From NCBI GenBank assembly GCA_030390025.1, contig CM059432.1, positions 63,862,001-63,926,000 of the forward strand: DNA of 64,000 bases, in the 5' to 3' direction. Source of the stretch: Squalus acanthias. Lineage: Eukaryota. Below, piece after piece: positions 24,881-35,560 of this stretch (within the stretch, counting starts at the first letter, position 1; every line of letters starts with the position of its first letter). The notes under the pieces were generated by a model. The model made no database searches. It was not told the DNA's origin and worked only from the letters and a program-made list of their open reading frames with translations. Made by a program: the position numbers and the translations under genes.

Positions 24881-26248
24881 ATGTTGAATCAGGCTGCGCC
24901 CCACTTTAATATTGCCTCTCTTGATGTGCTGCTGGGGATGGTGAGGAGTCAGAGAGAGGTTCTATTCTCCAGCAACGGGAGGAAGAAACCTCCAGAAAGG
25001 CACGGCTGGAAGTGGCACAGGAGGTCGGCAGCAGGAGTGTAGTGCCACGCTCATGGATTCAGTGCAAGAAGCGCTTTAATGACCTAAACAAGTCAGTAAA
25101 GGTGAGTACAGGTCCTGCTGTGCGCATCACCCCAAATCCTCACTCTGCCTTCTCAAGCCTACTCCAGCACATCACTCCTCACACCCACTTACCTTGCACG
25201 CCCACCCATCCTTCTCTTTCTATGCATTTCCTCACATCCTAATCTATCCATCCACCACTCCCACTCACCCTCATCCTTATGCAATTTCATGCCTCTCCAA
25301 CATAGTCAGCCTCACTAAATGCACACCATCCATTGGCTGAACACATGCCATTACACAAATTCAAAGGTCTGTTCTTTCTCTCCTTGCAGGAGAAGAGAGC
25401 ACAGAACACCAGGGAGAGGCAGAGAACTGGAGATGGCCCTCCACGCATTTCCCAACTTACAAGTACAGAGGAGGAGGTGCTGGAAATCAGTGGAGTCTCG
25501 GCGTGCCTGGCTGTGGTAGATGGGGAGATGGGGAGCTCCCAGCTACCTGGTGACACAATGAAATATCAGCCACCCACGTGTCATATGGCACTCAGTCATG
25601 TTAACTTGATTTCACCAGTGAGTGGAATATGATCATTTTCATAATAATAACTTGCAACATTCTTAACTTGCCAGTACTCATTCATGTCTTTTATCTCCTG
25701 TAAAATACCCTAGTTGTGTATGATTAGGATTTGGTTTAATCTCATATGATTAAGGTTTTTGTTTTCTTTTTGCTTATAAATGGCTTGTGGATTTGTACTG
25801 TAGCTAGAAATAATGAAATGGTTAAAGTTGTTTATTCCCAGGATGCTTTAATGATTAATGTGTCAGGGTACAATTTAGCTGACTGTGCTGTTTAGCTTCT
25901 GCTGGGGTGCAGGATGTGTGATTCGTGCCTGTTGACTTATTTTTGTGGCAAAAGGGAACATGGAAATGGGGGCTCCACTCAAAGCGCTTCCACTTCTTAC
26001 CCGTTGCCACCTCCCCCCCCCCCCACCCCCATGCTGCACCTGTCTCGATGGCCGAGTCTGCCCCTGCACAGGTGCAGGTGGAGCAGTCTTTGGTGGGCCC
26101 CTCACAGGCTCCAAAACCCAGAGAACGTCGGCGAAGAGCATCTCAGCAGTCAGAGCAGGGATCTGAGCAGCCTGCCTCTACCTCTGCTGAAGACACAGGG
26201 ATTGCAACATGTAGGAGCGATAGGAAAAGGAAGATTATCTATTTGTAG
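24881..26248 (+). pseudogene. Harbinger Myb/SANT-like gene, multi-exon, disrupted
   Basis: VAQEVGSRSVVPRSWIQCKKRFNDL with donor AAG|GTGAGT at 25101/25102. Acceptor ttgcag|GAG at 25389/25390 (EKRAQNTRERQRTGDG). Terminal exon remnant ~26045-26248. Confidence 0.75.
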
Positions 26249-27260
26249 TTACACAAGGGTATGCACATGGGTGTCTTAGACATTGTTATGTTGCTATGTT
26301 TTTGTTCTTTACTTGGGGCACATAAATATTATTCTTTTGCACCACTTTTCCATTTTGCCCATTCTTGGTTGCTGGCTGGCCTTTTAAGTTGTTTGATGAT
26401 GAATGGGAAGACATTAGTTGAAGCAACCAATGAGGAGATGTGAAAGGGGTGGTTGGTTGGTTGCAGGACTGCTTTGTGTTAGTGGCATTGTGGGGGAGGG
26501 GGCGGTGGGGGGATGGCGGAAAAGTGGCTGCTGTATGTGGTTGTGAAATGGGTCCACTGGTGGAACCTATGTGAACCTCACAATAATCATGGCATCCTTC
26601 AGCAGCAATGAGGGTCGCTGGTGGTGCATTTCCTAATCACCTTCCTCCTGCTCCTCCTCCTCTTCTTCCTCCTCCTCCTCCTCCATGGAATCCTCTGAAG
26701 AGGATCTGCGCTCTGCGCCTTGGCCCTCCTGCAGGTCCAAACCTTGCTGCTGAGCGATGTTGTGCAGAGCACAGCACACCATGACCATTCTGGAGACCCT
26801 GGCTGGTGCATACAGAAGGGCACCTCCAGATCTGTCTAGGTACCTGAAGCGCATCTTCAGCATGCTGATGGCTTGTTCGATGTCACATCTGGTGGTGATA
26901 TGGCATTGATTGTAGTGCTCTTGGGTTTCATTCCTTGGCTTTCTGAGGGATGTCATCAGCCACATTTTAAGTGGGCATTCTTTGTCTCCGAGCAGCCACC
27001 AGTATGCAAAGACATCAGGGACGTTAGATTGCTGCAGGACAAAAGCATCAAGGCAACGGCCCAGGAATCTGGCGCACACCTGCATAAAGATCATTTGGTG
27101 GTTACACACCAGCTGCACATTGATGGAGTGGAAGCCCTTGCGGTTGACAAATACTCCTGGGTGATTTGGGGAGGCCCAGATTGCCACGTGTATGCAGTCA
27201 ATGATACCTTGCAACTGTGGAAAGGCAGCCAGAGACACAAACCCGAACATCCATTCATTC

Positions 27261-29240
27261 TTTTTTAAAATTAATTCATGGGATGTGGGCATTGCTGGCA
27301 AGGCCAGCATTTATTGTCCAACCCTAGTTGCCCTTGAGAAGGTGGTGGTGAGCCACCTTCTTGAACTGCTGCAGTCTGTGTGGTGGAGGTACTCCCACAG
27401 TGCTGTTAGGGAGGGAGTTCCAGGATTTTGACCCAGCGACGATGAAGGAACGGCAATATATTTCCAAGTCAGTACGGTGTGTGACTTGGAGGGGAACTTG
27501 GAGGTGGTGGTGTTCCCATGCGTCTGCTGCCCTTGTCCTTCTAGGTGGAAGAGGTCGCGGGTTTGGGAGGTGCTGCCGAAGAAGCCTTGGCGAGTTGCCG
27601 CAGTGCATCTTGTAGATGGTACACACTGCAGCCACGGTGCGCCAGTGGTGGAGGGAGTGAATGTTTAAGTTGGTTGATGGGGTGCCAATCAATTGGGCTG
27701 CTTTGCCCTGGATGGTGTTGAGCTTCTTGAGTGTTGTTGGAGCTGCACTCATCCAGGCAAGTGGAGAGAATTCCATCACACTCCTTACTTGTGCTTTGTA
27801 GATGGTGGAAATGCTTTGGGGAGTCAGAAGGTGAGACACTCGGCACAGAATACCTAGCCTCTGACCTGCTCTTGTTGCCACAGTATTTATGTGGCTGGTC
27901 CAGTTAAGTATCTGGTCAATGGTGACCCCCAGGATGTTGATGGTGGTGGATTCAGCGACAGTAATGCCATTGAATGTCAAGGGGTGGTAGTTAGACTCTT
28001 GCTTGTTGGAGATAGTCATTGCCTGGCACTTGTGCTGCGCGAATGTTATCTGCCACTTTTCAGCCCAAGCCTGAATGTCGTCCAGGTCTTGTTGCATGCG
28101 GGCATGGACTGCTTCATTATCTGAGGAGCTGCGAATGGCACTGAACAATGTGCAGTCATCAGCGAACATCCCCATTTCTGACCTTATGTTGGAGGGAAGG
28201 TCATTGATGAAGCAGCTGAAGATGGTTGGGCCTAGGACACTGCCCTGAGGAACTCCTGCAGTGATGTCCTGGGGCTGAGATGATTGGCCTCCAACCACCC
28301 CAACCATATTCCTTTTTGCTAGGTCTGACTCCAGCCAGTGGAGAGTTTTCCCCCCGATTTCCATTGACTTCAATTTTACTAGGGCTCCTTGATGCCATAC
28401 TTGGTCAAATGCTGCCTTGATATCAAGGGCAGTCACTCTCACCTCACCTCTGGAATTCAGCTCTTTTGTCCATGTTTGGACCAAGGCTGTAATGAGGTCT
28501 GGAGCTGAGTGGTCCTGATGGAACCCAAACTGGGCATCAGTGAGCAGGTTATTGGTGAGTAAGTGCCGCTTGATAGCATTGTCGATGATACCTTCCAGCA
28601 TTTTGCTGATGATTGAGAGTAGACTGATGGGGCGGTAATTGGCCGGATTGGATTTGTCCTGCTTTTTGTGGACAGGACATACCTGGGCAGTTTTCCACAT
28701 TGTCAGATAGATGCCAGTGTTGTAGCTGTACTGGAACAGCATGGCTAGAGGTGCGGCTAGTTCTGGAGCACAAGTCTTCAGCACGACAGCCGGGATGTTG
28801 TCGGGGCCCATAGCCTTTGCTGTATCCAGTGCGCTCAGCCGTTTCTTGATATCACGTGGAGTGAATCGAATTGGCTGAAGACTGACTTCTGTGATGGTGG
28901 GGACCTCAGGAGGAGGCCGATAGGGATCATCCATTCGGCACTTCTGGCTTAAGATGGTTGCAAACGCTTCAGCCTTGTCTTTTGCACTCACGTGCTGGGC
29001 TCCACCATCATTAAGGATGGGGATATTCATGGAGCCTCCTCCTTCCGTTAGTTGTTTAATGGTCCACCACCATTCACGACTGGATGTGGCAGGACTGCAG
29101 AGCTTTGATCTGATCCATTGATTGTGGGATCGCTTAGCCCTGTGTATAGCATGCTACTTCTGCTGTTTAGCATGCATGTAGTCCTGTGTTGCAGCTTCCC
29201 CAGGTTGGCACCTCATTTTTAGGTACGCCTGGTGCTGCTC
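27261..29240 (-). mobile_element. 5'-truncated LINE family B (CR1/Jockey-group non-LTR retrotransposon)
   Basis: Transposase sequence resumes on both sides. Contains a 568-aa open RT frame and a short AT-rich tail. Confidence 0.95.
27324..29030 (-). CDS. LINE ORF2 fragment, reverse transcriptase, lacking the endonuclease
   Basis: [39 protein letters not shown]. An upstream in-frame stop near 29154 and 5' truncation mean it is not a complete ORF2. Confidence 0.9.
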   Translation of the reverse strand: MNIPILNDGGAQHVSAKDKAEAFATILSQKCRMDDPYRPPPEVPTITEVSLQPIRFTPRDIKKRLSALDTAKAMGPDNIPAVVLKTCAPELAAPLAMLFQYSYNTGIYLTMWKTAQVCPVHKKQDKSNPANYRPISLLSIISKMLEGIIDNAIKRHLLTNNLLTDAQFGFHQDHSAPDLITALVQTWTKELNSRGEVRVTALDIKAAFDQVWHQGALVKLKSMEIGGKTLHWLESDLAKRNMVGVVGGQSSQPQDITAGVPQGSVLGPTIFSCFINDLPSNIRSEMGMFADDCTLFSAIRSSSDNEAVHARMQQDLDDIQAWAEKWQITFAQHKCQAMTISNKQESNYHPLTFNGITVAESTTINILGVTIDQILNWTSHINTVATRAGQRLGILCRVSHLLTPQSISTIYKAQVRSVMEFSPLAWMSAAPTTLKKLNTIQGKAAQLIGTPSTNLNIHSLHHWRTVAAVCTIYKMHCGNSPRLLRQHLPNPRPLPPRRTRAADAWEHHHLQVPLQVTHRTDLEIYCRSFIVAGSKSWNSLPNSTVGVPPPHRLQQFKKVAHHHLLKGN

Positions 29241-30439
29241 TGTCATCATCACAGGCAAAGTTGACATAATTGGCAGTCCTAACGAACAAGTTATCAGTCG
29301 CATTTGTGGGCTGCTGACTGAAAGATCCTGCAAATGTCTCCAGCAGAGCCCTGGAAGGATCCAGAGGCAAAAAAGTTGAAGGTGGTGGTGACTTTGAGAC
29401 CCATGGGTAAAGCGTGACCACCGGGCCCAGCTGGCAGCAGGTCTTGTTCCAGCAATCTGCAGATGTCTGCCACCACCTGACGCAACACCCTGAGCCTCCT
29501 GAGACACTGCTGTTCTGACACGTCGAGGAAGCTGATCCTCTACCTTTACACCCTGTGTGGTGGGTATGGCCTCCTGTGAGCTGCACCTCACTGCTACTGC
29601 TCCCCTCTCTGCTGCTCCCCTTTCTCCTGTGCAGCTACAGGTCTGTGACCAGCAGGCTGCTGCTGTTGCTGGTGCTGTTGCTGGTCACCTTGGTCCTCAT
29701 CTGAGGTCCAATCTAAGGCAGCATAAGCGGCATCCATCCTGATGTGATAGATCAAATCTCCAACGTGTAGAAGAAACCTCCAAAGTGTAGAAAGTCAACT
29801 CTCAGCAAAAGTACTGTGAACAAACCCTTTCACACTCGAGGTAAAAAAGCAGCTGTGAGCACTGTGTATTTATTGCCATATTTGCGCACACAGCCTAACG
29901 CGTTGGAATGAAACCCGGAAGTCGGCGAGTTTGAGCCGGCTTCCCGACAGGCTGTCAATTTCACCGGCTTTAACCCCCCACCTGCTCCCAAACCCGCACG
30001 CTCTTCCATGTTAAAATTCCCCCCCGTTTCAGTTTTCAAAGAAAAACAAGCTGAATTACAGAATGTGATCCTGAAACACTATGGGGTAGAAATTAGGTCG
30101 CGCCCCATTTGGGGCGCAAATATCGTCCGGACGCAAATATTAGCGCCTGGCGCTAATTATCGGCACTGACAGGAAACTTCACTTTTACCGCCCCGGGAGG
30201 TGAGTGGAGCGTTAAAGTAGGCGCTGCACACCTCTCTTAAGGCGCAAAGGCCAAGGAGTGAGGCGCTAACTCAGCGCACGAGCGCAGCGCAGCTGCTGCC
30301 AGTTAGCGAGGGAACACAGACACACTGGCGCCGGACACTTCTTAAAGCGGGGGGGGCCACTTGCTCCCCAGCCACACCCTGCTCATTGCAGCCTTGAATC
30401 TCAGCCTGGAGAGACCTGTAATCCATTTTGCTGCCAAGC

Positions 30440-32319
30440 ATGGAGAGGGTGAGAGAACGCGCTCATCGCTTCACCGAGCGGGCCTTGGATGCTCTGGTTG
30501 ACGCAGTGGAGCGCAGACGATGCATGCTGTTCCCGGAGAGTGGCAGGAGGCCTTTGCCACGCGAGTTCAGAAGAGCGTGGAGGGAGGTGGCTCAGAGCGT
30601 CTCCTCCAGGAGCATGGTGCCCAGGACCCATGTTCAATGCCGCAAAAAGTTCAACGACCTCACTCGGGTCGTCAGGGTGAGTGGCTTTTTCTCAATATCT
30701 CTCCATCCCTCCATCTCAACCTCACTCTATGGCCAGAGGGTGTTAAAACCCCAATGCACAACACTCATCCAACACCTATGGCCCTTTCATCAAACACACA
30801 CACACATTCCACACTTTGCATACAGTAAGGGCTATTCACCTATGGGAGGCACATCAGGCAAGACCATGGCTGTATATTGTAAGGGCTATTCAACTATGGG
30901 AGGCACATCAGGCAAGACCATGGCTGTATATTGTAAGGGCTATTCACCTATGGGAGGCACATCAGGCAAGACCATGGCTGTATATTTACTCAGATGCTGT
31001 CCTTTTTCTTGCAGGCTAAGCTGGCTCATAATCGGAGACAGCAGCAACGGACGGGTGGAGGGCGGCTTCAGCTGCAACCCCTCAGCGATCTGGAGGAGCG
31101 CGTCCACAGGATTGTGGCAAGCCGGGTGATCGGTCCCGTCGCCACTGGAGACGCCGACCCCGTTGTGGACAGCAATGGTAAGGTCATCACCTTTTTGTCC
31201 TCTGTCCTTCCACTTGTCCCTCACAATACCAGCCTTTGACACTTTCAATCCAACTTGCTAACTCGCTGCACTTATTCCTCCCTTACTGCCACACTGTCCT
31301 CACGCTAAAGCCACTCTTGTAACTCCCTGCTTTCAGATGGTGATTCACCAGCTGAGGAGACGGGCCCTGAAGCTGCCACTGGGAGTGATGCTGCAGCTGA
31401 GGAGGAAGAGGAAGCCGGAGCATCAGTGCCACCCTCTCCCGAGGAAGCCCATGCCCACACTGGGAACACGCCTTTCCCGGAGGGGAGCAGGGGGGAAGGG
31501 GCTGATGATGGTGAAGCTCCAGGACCCAGCGGGCTGCAGCAACGCCATGGGGGGGGGGGTAGGGAAGAACGGGGGCCTTCTCCCCAGAGGGAGAGTATGC
31601 CAGACACTCCTACTGCAATGGACGCAGAGGAGGAGCGGCTGATTGCAGAAATGAACACCCAGGTGGTGGGCATGCACACTGAGCTCATGGGTGCAGTGGG
31701 AAGGGTGCCCGATTGCATTGAGTCACTGGCAAGGAGTGTGGAGCACTTCGCTGTAGCACAGGCGGATGCCACACTAACGCTTAGTGCTGCAATTCAGTCA
31801 CTGGCTGCCGTGATCCCACCTCTGACTGCTCTCATACAGACTCAGATGGAGGCCACGCGAGCACAGACTGCTGCCAACCTCGATGGTTCGTGCACATGTC
31901 CCCGGGGCTGTCACCGCGCCGCAGCAGGCCAGCAATCTGTTCTCCGGCAAATTGCTCCGGATGCTGAAGTGCTGCCCCGTGGGAGTGCCAGTGTGTCGGG
32001 CGAGCAGGGAGTTGCTGGCCTCTCTCATGATGACAGCATTCCTGCTGCCAACACTGTCACTTCTCCACTGCACTTGCCACCGCCTGTAGGACAGACTGCT
32101 GCCGCCCATGCAGAGTTGGTGCAGTCTGCAGCCGGGCCCTCCAGGCCCAGAAGTGGTCGAGGCCGTCCTTCAGGGGCATCTGCAGTGTCAGGGTCTGACG
32201 AGCAGCAGCCTTCCACCAGCCTTGCTGCAGCCACTGAGGTCCCATTACGGAGGAGCAGTAGGGTTAGAAGGGGGGAAGTGCGCAAGGGAAGGAGATCACC
32301 CTCGAAGGGCAAAAAGTAG
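30440..32319 (+). CDS. Harbinger Myb/SANT-like DNA-binding protein; exons 30440-30676, 31015-31177, 31337-32319; 460 aa predicted
   Basis: RFTERALDALV...WREVAQSV...RTHVQCRKKFNDL. GT-AG introns of phase 0 and phase 1 join into a 1383-nt open frame. Basic C-terminus RRSSRVRR...KGKK. Confidence 0.88.
30825..30986. repeat. 3 x 54-bp tandem repeat in intron 1
   Basis: GTAAGGGCTATTCACCTATGGGAGGCACATCAGGCAAGACCATGGCTGTATATT at 30825, 30879 and 30933; one mismatch. Confidence 0.95.
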
Positions 32320-32613
32320 GAGGTGTGCCAAAATGCTGGTCATTTTTTTATTAAAGGCCGAGGTTCATGGTCCAACTTTTGTTTAGTGTTTTGGACATTA
32401 TCTCCAGGTTGTGAGAACCAGTTATGTTATTGACTGTTTTTTTGTGTTTATTTCTATGAGTTTGTCATGAGGAATTGACACACACAGAGTTTGTAAAATA
32501 AATAAGTTTCTGTATTCAAAATATACATGGCTGGTGGTTGGAATTATTGGTGCCTTGGCCGGCTTAGGGGTTGCGTGCTGGGTTGATTAGTGTTTGTAGC
32601 AATGGCAGGGGCC

Positions 32614-33774
32614 CTAGAAGCGGCTTGCTATTAGTCGTTGACGGACGGCCCTTGCAGTTTGACCATTGTGGGCCGCCCTCCTGCCTTGGTGCTGCTGATG
32701 ATCATCGTCCTCGTCCTCATCCTCCTCTTCCTCCTCCTCCTCTGGTGGTGCTACAAGGCCTGGTGGCATTGGCTGGGTCCTGAGGATTGCCATGTTGTGC
32801 AACATGCAGCACACGACTACGAAGTTCGAAACTTGCTCAGGCGAGTACTGCAGGGCTCCTCCGGAATGGTCCAGACAGCGGAACCGTTGTTTCAGCACGC
32901 CGATTGTGCGCTCAATAATGTTCCTGGTTGCTTGATGGCTTTCATTGTACCGCAGCTCAGCACGGGTGTTTGGCGTACGGAGCGGTGTCATCAGCCAGGT
33001 GCTCAATGCGTACCCCTTGTCCCCCAGAAGCCAACCAACTGGCTGATGCGGTGCCTCGAAAACCTCTGCCACAGTAGTCTGGCGCAGGATGAAAGCATCG
33101 TAGCAGCTGCCCGGATAGTGGGCATTGACAGCGAGTATCACCTGTCTGTGGTCACAGACCAACTGCACATTCAAGGAATGGAACCCCTTTCTGTTCCTGA
33201 ATTCCTCTGCATTCTCTCGCGGAGCACGCAAAGCCACATGCGTGCAGTCAATGGCGCCCTGCACCATGGGGAAGCCTGCTACCCTCGCAAAGCCCAGAGC
33301 ACGGTCACGCTGCTTGTCTGGGGTCATAGGGAAAGAGATGACGTCTCGTCTCCTTCTGAAGAGGGCATTGGTGACCTGCCGGATGCAGCGATGCACCGCA
33401 AACTGGGAGATATTGGCGAGGTCCCCAACAGCAGCTTGGAATGAGCCAGTGGCGTAGAAGTTCAAAGCCACTGTGACCTTCACTGCCACCGACAGAGACG
33501 TCCTGGACCTCAGCTGAGGCTGCAGATCTGGCTGCAGCAGGTGGCAGAGCTCAGTGACCACCTCCTTGCTGAATCGCAGCCTTCGCAAACACAGCTCCTC
33601 GGACATATGGATGTAGGAGAGCTGTTCACGATATACCCTGGGAGGGTAAGCTCTCCTGTACATGCGCCTGATGGCCCTCCTCCGTCTGGCCATCATTGCC
33701 ACTCTCTGTCTGCGTCTCACTATCCTCCGATTCAGCTGGAGCAGGACGACGCCCCCAATCATTGCAGCCCCCAT
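32614..33774 (-). CDS. PIF/Harbinger DDE transposase (HARBI1-like family), 386 aa, uninterrupted
   Basis: [50 protein letters not shown] and an acidic tail. Lies inside TIRs. Confidence 0.95.
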   Translation of the reverse strand: MGAAMIGGVVLLQLNRRIVRRRQRVAMMARRRRAIRRMYRRAYPPRVYREQLSYIHMSEELCLRRLRFSKEVVTELCHLLQPDLQPQLRSRTSLSVAVKVTVALNFYATGSFQAAVGDLANISQFAVHRCIRQVTNALFRRRRDVISFPMTPDKQRDRALGFARVAGFPMVQGAIDCTHVALRAPRENAEEFRNRKGFHSLNVQLVCDHRQVILAVNAHYPGSCYDAFILRQTTVAEVFEAPHQPVGWLLGDKGYALSTWLMTPLRTPNTRAELRYNESHQATRNIIERTIGVLKQRFRCLDHSGGALQYSPEQVSNFVVVCCMLHNMAILRTQPMPPGLVAPPEEEEEEEDEDEDDDHQQHQGRRAAHNGQTARAVRQRLIASRF

Positions 33775-33967
33775 ATTCTCTTTGCCAGAAAAGTAATGAG
33801 GTACAGCAACTAAAGTAGCAACAAAGTTAGGATGAACTAGGCAAAACTACCTCACAAAGCGTTGAGTCAATGTAGAAGTCTCTCTCTCTCTCTCTCCGAA
33901 TCTCTCTCTCTCTCTCAGAACGAGTGGTGCATAAATGTCGACCACAGAAAAAGACAGGAAGAGGCCC

Positions 33968-33981
33968 CCTTTAAATAGCGC
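33968..33981 (-). promoter_or_regulatory. Candidate TATA-like box of the transposase gene (GCGCTATTTAAAGG)
   Basis: About 200 bp upstream of the ATG. Identical 14-mer at the equivalent position at 2727-2740 and at 52179-52192. Confidence 0.6.
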
Positions 33982-35214
33982 CCCCCCCCAGCCCCACACC
34001 GATTGATAACGTTCCAGTCTTCCGGTCGTTGGAAGCGCCAGGCGGTAAGGCAGGGGGCGCCACTCAATTTCCGCTCCGGGGCGCCCCAAGGGCGTTGCAC
34101 CATGGAATGACGTCACAATCTGCGCGCGCAGGTGGTCGCAGCGGTAAGTTTTAGCGCCGCCGCACAATCTCAAGTTAAGTTCTCGAGCGGCGCAAACAGC
34201 GCTGCGCCCGGGTGTTAGCGGCTTAACGCCCCATTAGCGCCCTCTTAAGGCGCTAACGGGAGGCGCAACCAAGTGAATTTTTACCCCTAATATCCTAAAA
34301 TCGAATGCAATAGTAAGAAATGTCACTTATTCAGTCACCTTGAAGCAATGACCTTTTATTATTTGCCTTTTTATTAAGTGCTGCTTTTCGGTTGTACTGT
34401 ATGTTGTTTTATGAGTTGTCAACTTTTGAGGTTGTGTCAAAGTTTTTGTGCTTTGCAGGTTAGCATATATGGAATCATGGTAGGCACCAATCGTTGGATA
34501 TACCAGCACATGTTCTTATACCTGGCCTCCAGATAGCACCTACCAGCAGCTGTCATCCCAAGTCTCGGAGTTTCCTCATCAGCTATATGGTGGATATCTG
34601 CTTTTAATGTGCTGGAAGAAGCTTTACAGTACAACTTGCAATGTACCTACCAATTTGATGTTCTAGATCTAAAGCCCAATGCTACATACCACACTTACTC
34701 ATCGCTAACTGTTTAATTCAGATCTTCATATGAGGGCCTTTGGAAAAGACACATGTCCACTGTGAGGTTACTCCCCAATATCTGCTCCAGGGTGCTCAGT
34801 GACAAGTAGCTGTGGGCTAGAACCCTCAGTCCTTAAAATCATTTCACTATTTTGCCACAAATCCACCTCCGAGCCTACTGTTTGATCTTACATGGGCCAA
34901 AGGAAGCCTTCCATTGTATGCTGAGCAGTTCCAAGTCATGAAGGAAATCAAAAGAAAATTATATTTTTGTATATATAAGTTCTAGCATTATTATATAGTA
35001 CCAATGTTATGTCAGTGGAGGGCTGGTCAGAAAATCTCAGGTCCGCAGACTTGATTTTCCAGCCATTTAAATTAATAGACAGAAAATCAGAAGTTGTAGG
35101 TCCACAATCTCCCAATCTGGTCCTCCCTATGAGTGCTGCTCCTCATCAGGAGTGCCCAATCAAGAATTAGCAAGATTGTAGAGGCCCAATTGCTTCCCTG
35201 AGGGTATCCAGTCT

Positions 35215-35560
35215 CTACCTTGCTCTTGTAGCCACAGTGCTGATATGGCCAGTCCAGTTCAGCTTCTGGGCAACGGTGGCCCCTCAAGATGGTGATGTTG
35301 GGGACTCAGCAATGGTGTGATGGTCGGGCTTTCTCTTGTTGCTTATGATCATTACCTTGCACTCTTGTGGTGCGGATGTTACCTACCACTTATCAGCCCA
35401 AACCTGGATGTTATCCAGATCCTTCTGTAGACTGGCATGGGCTGCTTCATGATCGGAAGAATTGTGAACGTAGCTAAACATTGTGGAATGGTCAGCGAAC
35501 AGCCTCACTCTTTGTGATGGAGTGAATGTCATTGATGAAGCAGCTGAAGATGATTGGATC
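35215..35560 (-). mobile_element. Old LINE family B RT fragment
   Basis: Colinear with ~27860-28230 (CATTGATGAAGCAGCTGAAGATG; FAD motif). Confidence 0.75.

Larger units (their letters stand above)
26560..29740 (-). pseudogene. Harbinger transposase pseudogene split by a LINE insertion
   Basis: N-terminal half [11 protein letters not shown]...FASGSFQ (29294-29521). C-terminal half [41 protein letters not shown] (26633-27260). Confidence 0.9.
24622..30025. mobile_element. PIF/Harbinger element C, decayed and interrupted by a LINE
   Basis: Myb/SANT remnants on +, transposase on -. Ends GCCCCTGATATTAAC / GTTAAAATTCCCCCCC. No matching TSD. Confidence 0.82.
30083..34287. mobile_element. PIF/Harbinger element D, structurally complete, 4205 bp
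   Basis: TIRs GGGGTAGAAATT / AATTTTTACCCC (11/12), flanks TAT / TAA, GGCGC-rich subterminal repeats at both ends, two open convergent genes. Confidence 0.95.

Noticed and set aside
26633..27310. 225-aa stand-alone transposase ORF
   Set aside because: Chimeric: the start lies in the LINE 3' UTR, and the transposase half has deletions and altered motifs.
32614..33774. Domesticated host gene HARBI1
   Set aside because: Enclosed by TIRs with a partner Myb gene and several decayed paralogues nearby; this is a transposon ORF, so no symbol is given.
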